DNA of 63,919 nt, filler included, from Collodictyon triciliatum (taxonomy: Eukaryota): the NCBI GenBank assembly GCA_043381765.1. It is 5 parts of 5 records of this genome, joined end to end, with 100 filler letters (N's around TTAATTAATTAA, not from the genome) between each part and the next. Parts side by side here need not be neighbours in the genome. Positions count along the whole stretch, not along the records: positions 58,107 to 63,919 come from JBHJMP010000252.1; 4 more parts are not named here. One strand, written 5' to 3'. A model generated the notes under the pieces. The model was not told where the DNA came from and did no database searches. It worked only from the letters and a program-made list of their open reading frames with translations. The translations under genes were made by a program, and so were the position numbers. This document shows, piece by piece, positions 58,374 through 63,919 of this stretch (position 1 is the stretch's first letter; each line of letters opens with the position of its first letter).

Positions 58374-61300
58374 GATGCACGTTCATCGTCGATACTGGAG
58401 ACCGCGTTTACTACCTATTGGCAAACTCTCGAGATGAAATGTGGAAGTGGGTTGAAGGCCTCGAAAAGCATCGAAAAGTGGCTCTTCAGAATTGGGAGAC
58501 AGAGTCCGCTGCAGCAAAAACAAGCCCTCCTGGCAGTCTTGGGATGCTTCAAACGCAAGTCTCTAGTGCAAGTCTCACGAGAAGCAAAAACGAAGAGGAA
58601 ATGCGCGAGGCTGTTTTCGAAGATGGTGTGATGAAGGTTTTCCTCCTCTAACTCTATCACCACGTGAATCGTTCTTTTTTTTTCTTTTCCCCCTTTGGAT
58701 AATTATTCTTAATGTCTGAATGTACTTTTTTTATCTTTATTGTATCGTATCATCATTTACTTTTATGACGAAAAGGGGTATTTGACCAAGAGAGGACCAT
58801 CGAGCTTGACTGGCTTCAAACAGCGCTGGTTCGAGGTTTCCGAGGAGAAGATTTGTTATTATCGTGTGAAAGGAGATTCCGAACCGATTGCAGTCATCCC
58901 GATCGAATGTGTTAATTATGTGACTCCGTCAAATAACATTTCCGGTCTTTCAAAGAAGCACATCGGATCTGCGTTCTTGATTGATACAGAATCGCGCATT
59001 TTTTACTTGGTTGCCTCTACGAAGGAAGACATGTGGAAGTGGGTGGACACCATCACAAAGTTTAGGAAAAAGTCCACAGAATCACCTGATTCCAGCAGTG
59101 ATTTAGTTGCTTTGAATGTTTTCATCAAAAAAGCATCTTACCTCTGCTATGAGAAGTTTATGAATGTAAATTTAATCTTAAGTTTCCTTTTCTTTTTTCC
59201 TTATCTTTTTTTTCTCTTCCTTTTCTCTTCCTTTTCCTTTCTTTTTCCTTTTTTCTTTTTCCTTTTTTCTTTTTCCTCTTTTCTTTTTTCTTTTTTCTTT
59301 TTCCTTTTCCCTTTTTCCATTTTCCTTTTCTTTTTCCTTATCTTGTTCTTTTCTTTTTCTCCTTTTTTCCTTTTTTTCCTTTCTCCTTTTTTCCTTTTTT
59401 TCCTTTCTCCTTTTTCCTCTTTCCTTTTTCTTTTTTCTTTTTTCTTTTTTCTTTTTTCTTTTTCCTTTTCCCTTTTTTCCTGACCCATCTCCCTTTTCCC
59501 TTTTCTTTTTTCTTTTTTCTTTTTCCTTTTTCCATTTTCCTTTTCTTTTTCCTTATCTTGTTCTTTTCTTTTTCTCCTTTTTTCCTTTTTTTCCTTTCTC
59601 CTTTTTCCTCTTTCCTCTTTCCTTTTTCTTTTTTCTTTTTTCTTTTTTCTTTTTCTTTTTTCTTTTTCTTTTTTCTTTTTCTTTTTCTTTTTCTTTTTCT
59701 TTTTCTTTTTCTTTTNNNNNNNNNNNNNNNNNNNNNNNNNNNNNNNNNNNNNNNNNNNNNNNNNNNNNNNNNNNNNNNNNNNNNNNNNNNNNNNNNNNNN
59801 NNNNNNNNNNNNNNNTTTTTCTTTTTCTTTTTTCTTTTTCTTTTTTCTTTTTCTTTTTCTTTTTCTTTTTCTTTTTCTTTTTCTTTTTCTTTTTCTTTTT
59901 CTTTTTCTTTTTCTTTTTTCCTTTTCGTCACACCAACATTTCAATCATCTAGATTGTAGATGGGGATGACTTCTCCTTGATTGCTGCACTTTCCGAAATC
60001 GCTCACGACAAAATGCTGATATCCACATGTTTTTCAAGATTCAAGTGCTTAAAAGGCGAAAGATTTTCTCTAATGAAATGGGCAGCGTTGCATATAATAT
60101 CCTCATATGGTACTTCCCAATATTATTGAAACCCTCGTTTTTTCATTCCATTCCTCTCCATCCCTCGTCTCCTTTCATTTTATCGTGGTTTATTCCACTT
60201 TCTCTCGACAATATCGGTGAGTGCTCGTGTCCATCATAATTCGAACTTTTCTTTTCTTTGTTGTTGTCAGTTGCTGATGATTTTGGATTCATTTTGTTCC
60301 CTCAAAATACCTGACAGGTTCTGTTCAGTCATTTAAAAAGTGGCAGCCCAACACCCAGCTTGTTCCCGTCTCCGTTGTTTCAAACTATCTTGTGGCTTAT
60401 GACCACGAATTCTTGGACGCACTTTGTTGGGTTATCGATCCGCAAATGGTATTTTTTCTTTTGTATATATATATATTCGTTGAAACATTCTAAAAGCCAT
60501 CGATATGGAGTTTCTGTTCTGTTTTCGGCCGCCACTTTAATGCATCCTTTGGTGCAATCAGAACAATAGGATTATACCCATGAATATATAGTAAATTAAA
60601 AACCCTTTGGCATATTTCTAGGATAAACTAAGAACGGAAAAATCCTCCTTCGAAGTTGTCCGTTTCATGGTTGAGACATTATCGTCAAACTGGCACGGTG
60701 TCTCGAGGTGACAATAGAAAACTGAAAAAGAATAATAAAAATAATTGTGTAATGTAACATAAACACTGCCACTTTTAATATTCTTAATTTGAAAATTTTG
60801 AATCGATGAGGCTTTTCCTATTTCCTCGAAGTAGTTCAGCGAATAGAATTAAGTTATCTTGTTCCTTTAATTGCAGGCCTATACGCTATTTCTTTTTCCA
60901 GGCGATGATGGGTTTCCATCTCAAGTTTGTCACGAACGAAAACTTTGCTGTGTCGGGTGCGGTGACACTCATATTACTCGCTCTCCTATCTCCATCAGTG
61001 CCAACTATCAGCCCGTCCGTATTGGAATTGGAAGGTATTCAAGAACAGCGTCCAATCATTTTTACGATTGGCTTTTGAGACAATATTTACCATATGATAG
61101 AATTAATTGATCTAATGATTGTAATGAACTCTCTTGACATGGTTTTATTAAGCCGAGGGGAAAGCTGCTATAATTCTCTCAAATAAAAATACAGCATTAA
61201 ATCAACATATTTCATTTATAGCGAGATCAAAGACGGATATACCTCGTTCAAGATTCATAAATATGACCTTTGAGCAGATTTCGTCGATGCTTTGTAAATA

Positions 61301-63722
61301 TTTTTCTTTTCTTCTTCCTCTCTTCTTCCTTTCTTCTTCCTTTCTTCTTCCTTTCTTCTTCCTTTCTTCTTCCTTTCTTCTTCCTTTTTCTTCTTCCTTT
61401 TTCTTCTTCCTTTTTCTTCTTCCTTTTTCTTCTTCCTTTTTCTTCTTCCTTTTTCTTCTTCCTTTTTCTTCTTCCTTTTTCTTCCTTTTTTTTCTTCTTT
61501 TTTCTTCTTTTTTCTTCTTCTTTTTTCTTCTTCTTTTTTCTTCTTCTTTCTTCTTCTTTCTTCTTCTTTCTTCTTCTTTCTTCTTCTTTCTTCTTTTTTC
61601 TTCTTTTTTCTTCTTTTTTCTTCTTCCCTTTTCTTCTTCCTTTTTCTTCTTCCTTTTTCTTCCTTTTTCTTCCTTTTTCTTCCTTTTTCTTCCTTTTTCT
61701 TCCTTTTTCTTCCTTTTTCTTCCTTTTTCTTCCTTTTTCTTCCTTTTTCTTCATTCTTCATCCTTCATCCTTCATCCTTCATTCTTTCTTCGTACTTTCA
61801 ATGTTTCCCATCGAATATTTGAATAACCGAAGAAATTAGTAAATGTGGTGCCCGATACTAAGTTCATCTTGTTTCAAGTTGACGACGATGACGACCAAGG
61901 ACACCGCGCCGATGTCTTTGACCATGTTCACGGACTTCTAGCGACATCAGAGACCCTGCGCAATTCTTTCTTGAAGGTTTTTCTTATTCATTTCGATTTT
62001 TTGAAATACATTTTTAATTTTTTTCATTTCCACTTTCTATTTGCATGTTTTCAGTTCTTTTCAATATTTCTGAGTGCCACAGGCTTCGAGTATTTTTCGA
62101 AATATAATAATTAAAGTGCTTGTGCTATCGACAATCCTTCAACTTTGTGCTCCTCGAATATTCTTTCAGGACGAGAGCTTTGCTTTTGAGGAGAGCAGTT
62201 TTCCTCCACAACCGTCTGAACAGGAAGAAAAGGAAATTTTAGGGATTCTTCATCACCAGTTCTGTTTACATCCCGATAAGATTCTCGCTCACATGTCCAG
62301 CAACCATGATTTATATTCATTTACCCGAGTCCAAATTGAACCGGTCAGATCAGTATCCATATTGCTTTGCTTCATTTGTTTTTAGAAAAAGATCACAAAA
62401 AGCAAATCAAACATGTAGAACATCATATTCACCTTGTGTATAACTGATAGCAAAAATGTTCTCTGCTGGCAAACTTACATTCCTTATAAATAATTCATAC
62501 ATTGTAGACGGAAAGCGCTGACACGGGTGAACCTTCAGAGCAGGAGGGAAGGGAGCTGAGATACGAAATCACAATTTTGGACTCACCCTTGAGCGAATCT
62601 CCACAGACACCCGTCCCAGCCACTCCGCCTAATAAGCCATCTTCCAGACCCTCGTCTCAAAGTAATCATAGAACTCGTTTATTTATCCTTCATGACATTC
62701 TTTGGGGGTTTGTTGCATTTTAAGCTTTGGCACATCCTTGTCTCAATCTCGTGTCGTCTTCACGTGCTATTATTCAGCAAACGCAGCCAGCAGCCCAGCC
62801 AAGTCTAAGGAAACTCCGTGTGAACGTCCACAATGCGGGTTAGTTGACCTATTCGTCGGTTTCGTCGCGATACATCTGCACTTCTTCAGTTGTTTGATTT
62901 CAATTGTAATTGGGCTCTAATACTACTCTCTGCTAGGTGCCTCGTCTTCGAGCCGCATCTTTGGCTGAAGGATAAATGCCGTTCTTGCTTACATACAAAA
63001 TCAGAACATGTTTCTGCGGAGGAATTTATGTAAGTATTATATCAGCTGAAACTTGATCTTTCTTTTTCTTTTGATTTTTCTTTTGATTTCTCTTTTGATT
63101 TTTCTTTTGATTTCTCTTTTGATTTTTCTTTTGATTTCTCTTTTGATTTCTCTTTTGATTTCTCTTTTGATTTCTCTTTTGATTTCTCTTTTGATTTCTC
63201 TTTTGATTTCTCTTTTGATTTCTCTTTCGATTTTTCTTTCGATTTTTCTTTCGATTTTTCTTTTAATTTTTCTTTTCTTTTCTTTTCTTTTCTTTTCCTT
63301 TTCCTTTTCCTTTTCCTTTTCCTTTTCTTTTCTTACTCACTCTCTAAATATCATGCATATTTTCGTCCCCATCTTATTTCTTATTATTTCTCTTTCTATA
63401 ATTTGATGTTTGCATGTATTCGTCATTTGGATTCTTGTAATTTTGAGTCTTTCACTTAATCTGGCGGGCACGAATCCTGTAAACCTCAACATTCTGGAAA
63501 TGAGTATTATCTGACATATGAAGGACGAAAGCTGAGCTCATCAATATTTCTAATACGAATTCAAGGGATGAGTCTCCTTCCCCAAGTGGTCACGATAAAG
63601 CAGTTAACTCTATTAAGGACCGAAAATCAATCGACTTTGAGAAGTTTTCCAGCACTCTTCACCATGGCATACCAAAACCTTTACATTTCATCAGCTCAAA
63701 AAAGACAAAGGCGGAATCAGAG
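58374..63722 (+). CDS. PH-PH-RasGAP-like protein with Cys/His motif (truncated at both ends)
   Basis: Two PH domains (RVYYLLANSRDEMWKWVEGL; KGYLTKRG..FKQRWF..FYLVASTKEDMWKWVDTI), RasGAP-like helices (RPIRYFF..KF..AVSGAVTLILLALLSPSV), and CERPQCGCLVFEPHLWLKDKCRSCLHTKSEH. Confidence 0.75.
59185..59925. repeat. Long intronic polypyrimidine low-complexity tract
   Basis: Direct reading. Confidence 0.9.
61300..61790. repeat. Intronic (TTCTTCC/TTTTTC) polypyrimidine tract
   Basis: Direct reading. Confidence 0.9.
63060..63260. repeat. 12-mer (TTTCTCTTTTGA)n tandem repeat
   Basis: Direct reading. Confidence 0.9.
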
Positions 63723-63816
63723 GTAACTACATTCCTGGTCACTTTTCGAATAACTGTTATTATTGAACAAAACCAAAAACATGAATTCTTTATTATTTTT
63801 TTTGTTCTTGATTGAT

Positions 63817-63919
63817 TGTTTTGTTTTGTTTTGTTTTGTTTTGTTTTGTTTTGTTTTGTTTTGTTTTGTTTTGTTTTGTTTTGTTTTGTTTTGTTTTGTT
63901 TTGTTTTGTTTTGTTTTGT
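63817..63919. repeat. (TTTTG)n microsatellite
   Basis: Direct reading. Confidence 0.95.

Noticed and set aside
59185-61840. Long K/R/E- and F/L/S-rich ORFs
   Set aside because: Translations of intronic polypyrimidine tracts.

Overview
AT-rich, intron-dense eukaryotic (protist-like) genomic DNA with many intronic microsatellites. Four ~100-nt N-TTAATTAATTAA-N spacers show the window is five concatenated scaffolds; genes next to the spacers lack their 5' ends. Spliced genes reconstructed by hand: LSM14/Scd6-like, CPSF3/YSH1, HP1/Swi6-like, guanylate-binding protein, carboxypeptidase Q, an atypical ABC half-transporter, a PH-BEACH-WD40 protein, a long coiled-coil protein, a damaged NAA35/MAK10-like gene, a giant glycine-rich membrane protein and a PH-PH-RasGAP-like protein. 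The standout is a decayed Fanzor1 (eukaryotic TnpB-like RNA-guided nuclease) at ~9.9-11.85 kb. Its three RuvC acidic residues are still readable, four tandem hairpins (candidate omega-RNA) follow it, two AAAATTGA motifs precede it, and it appears to sit antisense in an intron of a small MATH-like host gene. Also present: an AT-AC (U12-type) intron in the GBP gene, and a LINE 3' fragment with two 31-51 bp TSD-flanked micro-copies. All homology calls come from motif recognition, not database searches.
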